A model generated the notes under the pieces. The model had not been told where the DNA came from. It saw only the letters and a program-made list of their open reading frames with translations, and made no database searches. A DNA stretch of 64,000 nt, from contig NMRA01000025.1 of the NCBI GenBank assembly GCA_002633005.1, positions 7,757 through 71,756 on the forward strand, in the 5' to 3' direction. Origin of the DNA: Phoronis australis. Its lineage: Eukaryota; Animalia; Phoronida. Each line of letters opens with the position of its first letter. The stretch's first letter is position 1. Below are positions 12,601-24,600 of this stretch, in pieces. The position numbers and the translations under genes were made by a program.

Positions 12601-15600
12601 TGGGTATAGATCTCAGTTCCTTCATTTTTGCATGCATCCAGGGGTCTGTTTCATTCAATGTGGCTTAAAAGGCAGAAATTTGGTCTTATATTCGCACTTC
12701 ACAACTACTGAATAAAGATTTAACCAAGGCATGTAGTTGTTAGCACATCCCAGCCTAGAAATAATTTGTACAAATTATCTCAGAGTCTTTTGTCAGAGTC
12801 TTTGTACTTTGCAGAAATGAGATTAAATTACTTTTCATAAATTGTGTGGAGACGTAAAACCAAATTTCTTACTGTCTTGAGCCTGAAGCCAACAAACTTC
12901 AGGGGTCTGGGTTGCATATTGAATGTAGGGTGTTTCGATACTCAGCAGATGGTTTTAGTATACTTGCTACATTAGGAAGTAACGTCTAAATTATGAGTGG
13001 CAAACAAAAAACTTTGAAAAAAAGGAATTTTGGCATATGAAAACCTTCTTTCAAGATTCAAGTTCAATTGTTAGTTGTGAATAACTTGTCAGAGCAATTC
13101 GGATGAAAATCTGTATGGTAAATGTGTACTGCGAATAGCAGGCACCTCTGGGGCATCAACATAAACGCAACATTGACAGTTGAGTCATGGAAAGCTGGCA
13201 GTTTAACTGTTCAATGTGTGTGAATACAAGGCTACCTTGACCACAACAGGTGATGGCTTGCAAGTGCATACAGTCTCAAACTTGCCTTGTGAAGCTATCA
13301 TTCGAGTAAAGTGTTGCATGGTCATGGAAATTTGGCATTGCAGTCAAGTCTACACTTCCCTGGCGGCTCATGGCTGGACGATGCAGTATTGGCTCTGACA
13401 TTCTAATCACCAAACACTATTCTGAGGATAACAGAATCTGTTGTTGGTGAAATTTGCTTTATAAATGTTAAATTGTGATTCCCGTTTGGCAGCACACTGA
13501 ATTATAATGCCATTTACATTGCTTTCACCAGTGAGGAATGAAAAAGTTGGCCATGACGGACCTAGTACAGGTGAAAATTCAAGCCAGAACCCAATTAAAT
13601 TTGTTAACTGAAGTCTAAGTTTCAATCACCCTATTCCATCCCAACACAATAGAGAGCCATCTGGCTGGGCTGTCAATAGTCAACAGGCACATATAGTTTT
13701 ATGACATAATGAGGCGTGGTAAAGCATTACATAGTCGACCAAGCAGCCCAAGCAGCAGGGCTGTATTCAATGGACTACTGTGTTCGCTTTAACAAACTCC
13801 AACCCTCCGACTGGGACTGTCATCATGTGACGGTCAACTTTTACCTTGTTTGGGTTTCTGATGCTTTCTGAGCACTGGCATGAGTTCCATCAGCCCTACC
13901 CTCTCTCAAACTGGTGTGAGTGGAGTGAAAAACCCCACTTCATGATTTTTGCTCATTTAAAGTAGATTCTTTTTGAAAAGTTGAGCAATTAAAAACTGCT
14001 CCACGGAATCGATTTCAAAAAATACACACCAGAACCAACTATGCTTTTTTGCCCTCATAAAGAGCTAAAACGAAATATGTACCGAAATAATGGTTTTCAA
14101 AGATGATGCTGCAGGAGACTTTAAACTTTGATAGTGACTGAATTTATTGGGAACATTCAGAAGAATTGCTTCTGTCAAAATAAAAAACATTTGCTTGCAT
14201 TTAATCACAAGTTACTGCAATAGGTTTAGTCATTTTATTCCTTCATTTCCTGCACTTGTGTTTTACGCTCATGGCACTTTGAATTTATACGGCAGTCATA
14301 AAAGTGTAATTGTTGTTTTGATCTTCATAGGAAGAAGAGGAGAAACAAGCGTACTATGAGGGAGAACAGAGGAGAGCTCGCAGTGAGTCACTCAGGAAAC
14401 AGAAGGCTGCAGTGAGTTGTCTCCCTTTCTTAATTAAGGCCAAGGTAGTTTTTATCACTAAGTTATCAAACATTTTGACACGAGAGGCTAAAACTAAGTG
14501 GGAACTGAATCATCATTGGAAGCACTTCTTGTTTAACCTGAGAACCTCATGGAGGCGGTGTTGCTTTCGATGCATTGCTTTTCTGGCAATAGTCACATTT
14601 TGAGAACCAGTTTGATGTCATTATTCAGTAGAGAAAACTGGTTCTCAAAAGAGCTGGACCCCTGTAGGCGAATGTTATCGTTTTTGCCATTTCGTGAAAA
14701 TTTAAGGACGGACTCTGACGTACTGGGACTGTGTCTGGTGTCACAGAGCCCTGAGTTTTCATTGCAATAAAAATACTTAGATTTAAAAGAAAATAAATGT
14801 AATGAAAATATCAAGCATGTACCAAAAGCATGACTGGTTATGTGGTACAAAACACATTGACTGCAACAACTAACTGCAGTTACTATTTTGAGACCTGCGC
14901 ACACTGAACCACAAGCCCATTTCAATTTCAGCCAAGGTATCGTGTCTTTTTTAAAAGCTGCACAAAGGCATGTAAGCAAAGTTAAGCAAGGTTTGAAGCA
15001 CCGTAATTTCCATAGCCATGAGTAAAAAACAGACCCTGCATCATTTTTGCTCATTTCTGGTGGATTTTCTTTTTTTGAAAGAGTGAACAACAGTTTACTA
15101 AAGAAAACACCAAACCACCAACTTGATTTTCAAAAATAAAACAAGAGACCAGAACAAATAGTGAAATGTTTTGGCCTAATACCCCCTGAAATGACCAAAA
15201 CACAGTAGCTCAAACACATCCAGCTGTAAATAGATTGTCTCAGCTTTACCACTAGCTTCATATCAGGTGTTTTGTGCAATGGGACCGACCTATGTGGCCT
15301 GTGCTTGTTCAATACTATTCAGGCATCGGACTGCCCACAATATTTTTTTACCTATAGCTCAGTACACACAACTGGGAAACCTGTGGTTCTGTAATGTTTA
15401 TTACATAAGAACTTCATTTAAAATATCAAAGTCATCTTTTTGGAGGCATTTTGAATTTTGCATTAAAGTCCTTCTTGCAAACTGCGCATGTGGTTCCAGT
15501 ATCCGAAAATACTTACTACATAAATTCTTATTTTCGACACCCTTTCTTTATATTCTTTTCGCCTTTCTTGCCAAAAGCGATTTTTTAACAGTATTTGACC

Positions 15601-18600
15601 CTTCTCTCTGAGCGTATGATTACCGGTTGTCATCGGTTATTTCCGTACCCACATTTCCGGCTCTTCAGTTCAGGTACTTGTCCTGAACGCCGCCATTTTT
15701 TCCTTGTAACTGACTGTGCTATGGCTTGCTCAAAAAGTCTTCATTATTTTGTTTTATTAGTAATATATCGTGATTTGTTTGCATATGTAGTGTATTTATA
15801 GTTTGTAGTTAGTGGTCGTTGATTTTTTTTTGAATGTTACGCGTACTTAGTATGTTAAAATAGCATTGGTGTTTAGTTCCTTACGTAGGCAAGTAGAACC
15901 TAGGAACCAATATGGGTCGAACCAATAGTTTTTTCGGTTTTATTTTTTTCCTCGTTTTGAAAAAGTACTTTTGCTATCATCAGAAAGGTAGTACATTCTA
16001 CTCAGTAAAAATCGAAAAAGTATCAAAATCGGGGCAAGCACTGTAAAGTTATTGCAAGTTTTGTGGCGAAATTTGCCGGTCACTTTGTTTGGATCGCGTC
16101 GGCCATATTGGAGGACAGCGGGATGAGTTACAAGTTTAAAACTTTGTGTAAATTGTTTTCGCCAACAAATTACGGTGAAATTTAGTTAGACATATCTTTA
16201 CTTACTATTCTGCACGATTTAGCAGTGTTCACCAAATTTCAGCCTCGCAGTTGTTACTCATTAAGTGATAAATGTGCTCACAATTCCCGTTGGACTTCGT
16301 CTCATTTCTGGCGGCACCTACAATGTCGAATTTTGCTGAACTGAAAGGCATTTTCAATCGGCTACTTTGTAATTTGTGAAGATTTAACGTTGATACATTT
16401 TGACAAACGTTGCTACAAAAAAGAAACTTTTGTTCAATTTTCGTGTTTTTTTGTGTTAGTGGCCAGGGACCAGTTTGGCCTAAGGGTAGTCTTGGCGCAA
16501 AGCTGTATAGGCCTACTAACAAGCTGTATTTTGACTATAGTCTTCACTGGTAGTTGGTGACTGAGGCTAACTAAGGTCTGCCGCGGCAGTGTGACACAGG
16601 ACTAACCAGCCCGTAATTTCATACAAGTGTCTGAAACTACCCTTGAATATATGCAGCATTTATCATTTGACCATTTTACTTCGACAAAACAGCTTGCAAC
16701 TGCATGCATTTACCGTTCGCCAGTGTTTGGTCTCAATCCGCACCGGGTCCGATAGGCTGCGGTCTCGAGTCTGGCAAAATAGTTTCTGTCAAAATTTATT
16801 CGCCACATTTCTTCAGCAAATTCCATAAAATTGTCCGTAGTTTGATTTCATCAAAATTAAGGCGCGCTGTCGATTTTTTTATCCCCGTTTGCTGGCTGGT
16901 AACAGTACAGGCACTGCTCCAGTCGCGTTTTCTCGGCCTGGGTTCCTGAATGAATTGTACTTCCGGGTTCGCGGCAAGTTCAAAATGGCGGTGTTTCCTC
17001 GGGTGTGAATCGTGAGTGGCGCGTTCATTTAAACTGTTTTCGAGTACGGATCGTGTATTAGTTATGGGGTAGGTACTTCTTGGATCCTTATAACATCTTC
17101 TAACCATGTAATAAGGGTTAACAACGCATGAGAGAAGGACTTTAAGGTATTTAAAATCTTGCTTTTAGTTGATTTTCATCAAAATAAAATCATTAATAAT
17201 TAATAAGCATCTTCAAACCAGTAGTGACATCGTGGACCAAGTTGCACAATGCAAACTGTGTGCGCCTTGCCAGCTGGGTTGCTGTTGTATTAGTTTTTAC
17301 CCATTTCTGTCAAATTTTTATGTAGCAGGCTTGGGACTGAAATTCAGCTAGTTTCTTGTCGACTGTTTCGCGCATTACTAGGCACAGTTAGCAGAGTGGA
17401 AAAACAGTTGAACACAATGTACTCATAACATCTGTCATTTTTTGATTTGCTCACGTCATGTTATTTTACACTGTTGTTTCTGTTTAATTGTATTAAAATT
17501 TATATTATATAGAAATTGGTTATAAAGGCCCAAAACACATTGCATTGCAGTTTTAGTAGTCAGCTAGCCTATTCAATTGGGCCAAAATTCAATCCTGAGT
17601 AAACTTCAGATGACATGCAATGTCACGCCTGTGAACATTACACTATTGGTGTTAAAATTTGCCTAATGAATCAAGACATTTGTTTTCACTTTTTCACTCT
17701 GTTCATGAATTTACCCAAATTATTCAGGTAAGTGACAATAGCATAATCCTTGAAATCCCCAAGATTGTTTCATGACTTTCTGGGTTTTGATGCCATCTTA
17801 CTATGTAGCAGCCAAAAACGTCTTCAAGAAAGATAACTTTCTTCTTTTTGATTGTTATTAAATATTAATCTAATGTTTCTTTGCAGGAGGCAGCTATGAT
17901 GGTATCCCAACGAGAGAACGATCCAAAGGCATTGTTCAAACAGCGAGAGGCTGCTGCACCAGCATCCTTGGAGAAAACAGCTGTGCCACCTAGGTAATAA
18001 ATTGTGAACTTATTACTTAATGTGAAAACTGAGCCATTGATAAAAATATGGGACCATGGGTCTTGTTACACTGCCAAAAATTGTTTTAGTATCACATTTT
18101 TGTCAATTGAAAATCTAAGGTATTGCTCTTAAAGGAGAATGCCATCTGATTTAATTATTTTTTACCATGCTTAATCGGTCTATATCCACATCACCTCTTA
18201 TACGGTTGATCATACCTCACCGAGAGCTATCCCGTTAACCTGTGACTAGGAAGGTGAGAAACGACGCAGCGACGTCAGTGATTCTTCTGTAGAGTGAGTG
18301 CCGCTATGGTGTGATGTATCGTTCCTGCTTGTGCGAACTATGAGGCAGCTAGGAAAACGGGTATATCGTTTTTTCGATTTCCTCAAGAGCCCGTAATGCT
18401 TCGGAAGTGGCTCATGGCAGGAAAGAATGAAAAGTATGCAGTGAATACCAAGTACGAGGCCGTGAAACATCTCTGTGTCTTTGGCCGGCATTTTGTCGAC
18501 AGTGATTTCACTGACGAATGCCAGCTTACCAAACAGCTCATGCCAGGGCAGAAAAATAGACTGAGGGTGAAGTCAGATGCTGTGCCTAGTGTGTTTGCGT

Positions 18601-21600
18601 TCGGCAGGAAGGAGACAAAGAAACGCAGATCAGTTGTTGATCAGTTTTTGATTATGGAGAATTGTAGTTGGCCATTCCCCCATGAAAATATAAACAATTA
18701 CAATTAATTCAAGGCATGAGAACATGACGTTTTATATAACCTGTGTGATGACTTACTCGTTCGTTAGGCTTCTGTTTGGTACTCTGGGAGATGTTTTCAC
18801 CAGTTCTTCCCCGGCCTAAAAAACGTTGTAAGCACACCTCTGTTTAGATGCGGTGCAAAATCAGGATGGTCTGTGAGACACATCTGCGCTTCTCCAAGAA
18901 GGCATTTTGCTTGCGGAATTTCATGGCAGCAAAGCGTCAGTCGTTTCCATTATCTTATATGCACTTGGCTCCGCAGTCATTCCAAGGTTTTTGGAACTAT
19001 CCGACCCATATGTTCCGTTGTCTGTATACGTTCACAGCGCCTCTCTAGTATTTCTTGATGAGTGTATATTACAGTTCAAACTGATAGCCTGTGGAACCCA
19101 ACGGTCGACCTGTGAAGTTTTCATCAGATGAACACTCCTTTAATTAAAGTCAGGATGTTGACCTTTATTATTTTGTGTTCTGTTTCAAAATGAGACAAAG
19201 TCTGTCTCATTAGATAATGCCTTTGGAGTTTTCGTGAGTGCAAATGTTTTGAGAAGCCAGCAATGAATAACTCACTGCGTTACCGGCTTTAGATGCAATA
19301 ATGCTAATTGATGGGTCACCGAGGCTGTGTTTGCTGACAGAAAGCTTTTGTGAAACAGTAACTCGATTTTATATCCTATGGTCAGATGTTAGGAGAATGT
19401 TTATTCGAATCATTGTCACTGTTACAACTTTTGCCCTGACGGTTCTGTGGAAGGGGAACCTGACTTTGTGGCCCCCGACGAATAAGTAGATTAATATTCA
19501 GTTTTGCAGCTAATTCACCAAAATAATCATTTGCACATTATTTCTTTGGGTCACTAGTATAGTCTTTTCGTGACTGGAAGTTTAGTTTCCAACTTTGGCT
19601 GTTATGTTCGTGATATCTTCAGTCCGGCCACGATGGGCCTGATCAGGTTCTATAAATCCGTAGCAGCGAAATAAAACAACATGTTTGTTCGAGAACTTGG
19701 TGTATTTGTAGAGATTTTACATCGAATATTGATGATTTATTGGTGTAAAATGATGAATTCACACAATAAGCTGACACCAGTAAGTGTGTTGTGAACTGCT
19801 GAACAGACTGCGTTCGAACCTGTGACATCATTGGTTAAATTCAACACCTCTGTCTGCCGTCAGGTGTCAGGAAAAAGAACTGTACTTGCTGTTATCGAGT
19901 GGAACTACTCAATCTTAATTGATACAAAATAGGTTGTTTTTTAGGTGGCATTCTCCTTTAAGGCAGTTACTGTGAATAAACTTTTCTCATCTGCCCCTGA
20001 AGCCACCAAACCTCTTGTAGAATCATCATACCATATGAGTTTTTGTTAAGCTGGGTATGATTGGCGTCTGCAATGATATATCCGACGACTGCATTCTTAG
20101 TAATTTTTAGTTTTCTTTCTGGCCATTACAGTTTATCCAACAGGATTGCATTTGCCAAATTTCGGATGTCTTGACATTGCACCCCATAGGCTCAATTCAC
20201 CAGTGTTGCTTACTATGATTTGTGGAAATGTTTGAAAGAATGAACACCTCATGTCTTTACCGTTTGCCATGAACACATTGCCATTGTTGACTTTCTTGGC
20301 ACTTGTTAACAACAATAATGTTTCAGTTCGTGGTTACTTGCTGCACTTGATGGCATATGACTGACAGAAGATTCGCACAGTTTTCTACTAAAGTTTACCT
20401 AAAAACAAGAGGGATACGAGCTATGAACAATGGAGACCTAGGATATACTGTTTTAAAAGAAAAAAGTGATGAGTAAATATGACGAAAACTGCTGTAAGAC
20501 CTGCGTATATACTGTTAGGAGATATGAAGTTGACTACAGTTTAGGACTGTATTTTTATTTTGGGAACAATTAGTACTCTCATTCATATTCACAGAAACTG
20601 TTGGTGAAATGTAATCTCTGAGTTAGGGTTAATTCTGAGCCTTACATACAAATGCAGAAAACTGCGACACGGTTTTGGTGAGACGTCAGCCCCTGGGGCC
20701 AAACCCCCAAGAAAGGCACCAATTGAACTGCCCACTGAACCTGCCAGGGAGCCATCACCAGAGCCTGTGAGGGAACCATCGCCAGAACCAGTAAGGGAGC
20801 CATCACCAGAACCAGTAAGAGAACCATCGCCAGAACCAGTAAGCGGCATGCTATACTGTCTGTCAGATCTTGAGACCTGTCTGTGCTGGCTCAAATAGCC
20901 ACAACCTCTGAGTTCATATGTGTCATGGGTCATCATTGGAAGTGTCAATTGTCACGGCATTATTTGCCCAAATTGTCACAACAGCAAAAGTTATGTCAGT
21001 AAAATATTAACAGCTAACAGTAACAGGATGTATCACCAAGAAGTACCATATATAGTATAAAATTTGTTAATTAGATGTAAAAACAGATTTTCTGGTGATT
21101 AACATTTTTCATTAGTTGGCAATTCAAGGACTACTCGTCATGAATAAGACACTGTTTAGAACCATGGACCTTTAAATTTGTTGTGTTTTCAAAGAAAATT
21201 TTTGCTCAAGTGTTGGTATGCCCCTATGCTTCACTTATGGTAAACATGTGTATGTCCTCAAGCGACAACCAGTGCTGTCTGTCAAAAAGGTTCTGAATAG
21301 GCCACTTAACATAAAATTGGTCTCAAATTGTCCCGTAGTAAAGCTGAAACTGATTTCAAGGTCTGAGATCTAATCTTTCTGCTCGAAATCGAAGTCAAAA
21401 TTATTTTTGTCATTTTTCTAATAATTCTAGTTTGGCGCAAACTCAAGGAAAGTGTCTATAATTCTGTGCTCAAGTATTAATTATTTAATGGCTTATTGGA
21501 TAAATGTGTTATCCTAGTTTGCACTTGTTGACTACAGCAGTTAAGACTACAAGTTCAAGTCTGAACTTGAAATTTTGATTTTTGTAGGGGTCATCAAGTT

Positions 21601-24600
21601 GTATTAGAAACTCATATGCATACCACATAATGTACTCGAGCACAGAATACTTGACACCTACGTACAAAAGTAGAACGGAATATGCCAAAAGTAATTTCAA
21701 GTTTAATTTCAAGTACCAACTTAAGATTAAACCACGCCCCAAGGTTTCACAATTAAACCTAACAGTTACTGCAGCATTTCTTCAGACCAAGTTGATAAAA
21801 TTGATGACTTGGTCTTAAGAAATAACACACTGACAGTACTTCCCAAGCCCAGAGATCAGTTCTAAAACTGAGTAAGAAACATGATAATACCAATTTTATG
21901 ACGGGTAAATTTCCTAAATCAAAACTGACAAAAAGGACGGGTTTAATGCTGCTTTAAACGGGGTGATTTTCTTATTTTCCGTCCATTCTTTGGACAAAGT
22001 CAACGGGGTGATTTTCTTATTTTCCGTCCATTCTTAGAACACCGTCATTTAATTTATATAAAGCGGCTATAAACCCACCTTCCTTAAAAAAACTTTTGAT
22101 TTAGAGCACTTACTGCTTGCTATAAATCTGTTCCTTACTTGGATTAGGGATGATTCCTGGGTTCAGGAAGAACTGGCAGGTCATTATTTCTTGAGACCAG
22201 GTGCTCCTTCTAAGAAAGCTGACTTACCTAAGGCAAATCTTAAATTTCAGTCAATTTTAGAATTCATAGTACTTAAATTTGTCTTAAGCCTATTTCAAGA
22301 AAGAGGACTGGTATTAAGTTGAATGTTAGTTTTTGACTCAAGTTTTGTCTTAACTTTGACTAACTTACCGTATTGTGGAAGTTTCAAGGTTTTGAAGTTG
22401 AGGCAAATCTTAGACTTAAGTTAAAAATGATCTTAAATCAGTTTCTTGGTATGGACCTCAGGCCTATAAGTTGGCTTGTCACATCATAGCATCAATGCAA
22501 TGAGCATGACCTCAAGCAATAACCAATTCCTGAAAGCCTGATCTCAGTAAGGAACAAGAGACTTGTAAAGTGTTGTAGCACATGTCGTCGGCATTTTGTG
22601 ACTCAGTCATGTCTTTAATTTTATCCAGACCTGCTCTTGATTTTATGTTCTTCTGTTTGCATTTCCTACATTTTGTTGGGGATTTCTTCCAAATTCTTGA
22701 ATGAATATGCTTAGTATTTAATGACGTGGCACATACCATTACCATTTTACCGATTCAACCATATTTTCCTGAAATTTGGTTTACTTTTGTCATAGAATGT
22801 ACAGTTGATTCCAAAACTGGCTTTATTTGAGACAAGGTAGAATTATCTTCAAATGTGGGAATTTTTTTTCAAATTTCACTTTTTTGTGGATTATTCATTA
22901 TTCAGTTTGATATAGGATAAAATTATGTGCTTTGTAAATGCATACACCCTTGATTCTCACGCAATGTACATTTTAGTGCTGAGTGGCTAAATTGCTCTCA
23001 ATTGTTTAGTCACGTAACATTTCCATCCCTACCGTGTCCATGTTCAGGTTCCTGTCCGTTCACCAGTGGCACAGACAACAGAATCACTTCCTGCTACTCG
23101 TAACCTTCTTGCACAGGGTCTGCCGCCACGACAGGACTCGGATGATGAGCAGGAAGATGAGCAGAATTGGGATGGTATGTTTGGTGCTTTTGATGTTCCT
23201 AGTACTCAACTCGTCTTTCAAAAATGACTTGAGATTATGTAGTAAGTTAGAGACATGCTTGCTGCATCGTATCTCAAAAATGACTGATTGGAGTCATTTG
23301 AAACTTTCAAGTACTTTAATTTACATAATGCAATGTTCTCCAAAACGCTATTAGGATTTTTAAAATTATGTTCCACGTTTGCATATTAGAGGCTGTCAAT
23401 GTATGCGACTTTTATGTCAATCATTTTAAAATTTATTGTTTTTACAAATGAATTCAGATTCAGGCAATATTTTTTGTCGAATGAACTTGTCATTGTTTTA
23501 CAGTCTGCTCAACAAAGCCATGTAGGGTTGCAATTTTTCATTTTTAGAACCCAGCGAAGAAGACTTTCATGTGCCAGAACCAACAGTGCCCTCTAGTGGC
23601 TTACAGCAAGACGAGGAATTAACACCTGAGCAGCGAGTTCGTGTCAACAGTCACATTGAGCGAGACGAGTCTGATGTTGGTCTTAGTGCCCGGGCGCTCT
23701 ACGACTACCAAGCTGGTAAGTTAGGAAGGAGGGACGTTCACATTGTTTTATTTCAAACGCTAGGATCACGGGTTGTTTTAGTCACCATGTTCTGTGTATT
23801 TGCTATGAAGTGTGATTGTTTACAGCTGGTTCTTCGCAAATTACTAATCCAAATGTTAATGACAGTTGTTAAAAGGTGGACATAATGACTTTCGAAACCT
23901 TAGGCACGCATTTTGTGAAGTATTTAATATGTTCATGATTTGCGGTTGAAACTTAGTGCTTTTACGTCCGTCATCGAGTATTCAGCAGATCCAGCTACAA
24001 ACACTTACCGGTATGTTGCAAAAACTGTAATTCAAAAGAAAAGCAATCTATTGGTTATTTCTAGCACTAATCCTGTTCAACAGTGTCCGTCGATGCTGTC
24101 CGCCATTTTGAATGATAGGTTATTGATACTCACTCAAGGCCCACTAGCTTCTGGAAAGCGACAGCATGTACCGTTTCGAATACTCTCTAAAAGTTCACTC
24201 ATCCTGCTTTACAACCATACTCGGATCACAGGCTGTCGTTCTAGAACCAGTCCATAGAAATATGTTCACTACGTTCTACCGAATACAGTGATGCTCCTCT
24301 CATGAACTTTGCAAAGTATTCTCACTTGCGACGCAGTCTTGGATCAGTGGGAAACTTATGTAAATATACCCCAGCCCTTGGCGTATTGCCACAGCCTCCA
24401 ACTACATAATGGTCAGGCATTCTTCTTCAAATATGTACTCCAGTTTAAATCTAAAAATCCGTCTACATTAATTTTGAAAAAAGTACTCCTCTTGGCACAC
24501 AGCAATGGACACTGTGGACTCAGTCAGGCTGGCTCTGCAATGATCGGGTCACATCCCTACTAACTATTGTAAAATATTTATGGCAACACACAAGACCATG

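Noticed and set aside
18396-18707. Domesticated THAP transcription factor
   Set aside because: Stop at codon 3, loss of a zinc-ligand Cys, and location inside TIR/TTAA-bounded DNA.
20589-20948. Minus-strand ORF with (GSGDGSLT)n repeats
   Set aside because: Antisense shadow of the [12 protein letters not shown] exon, which has valid splice sites and phase on +.
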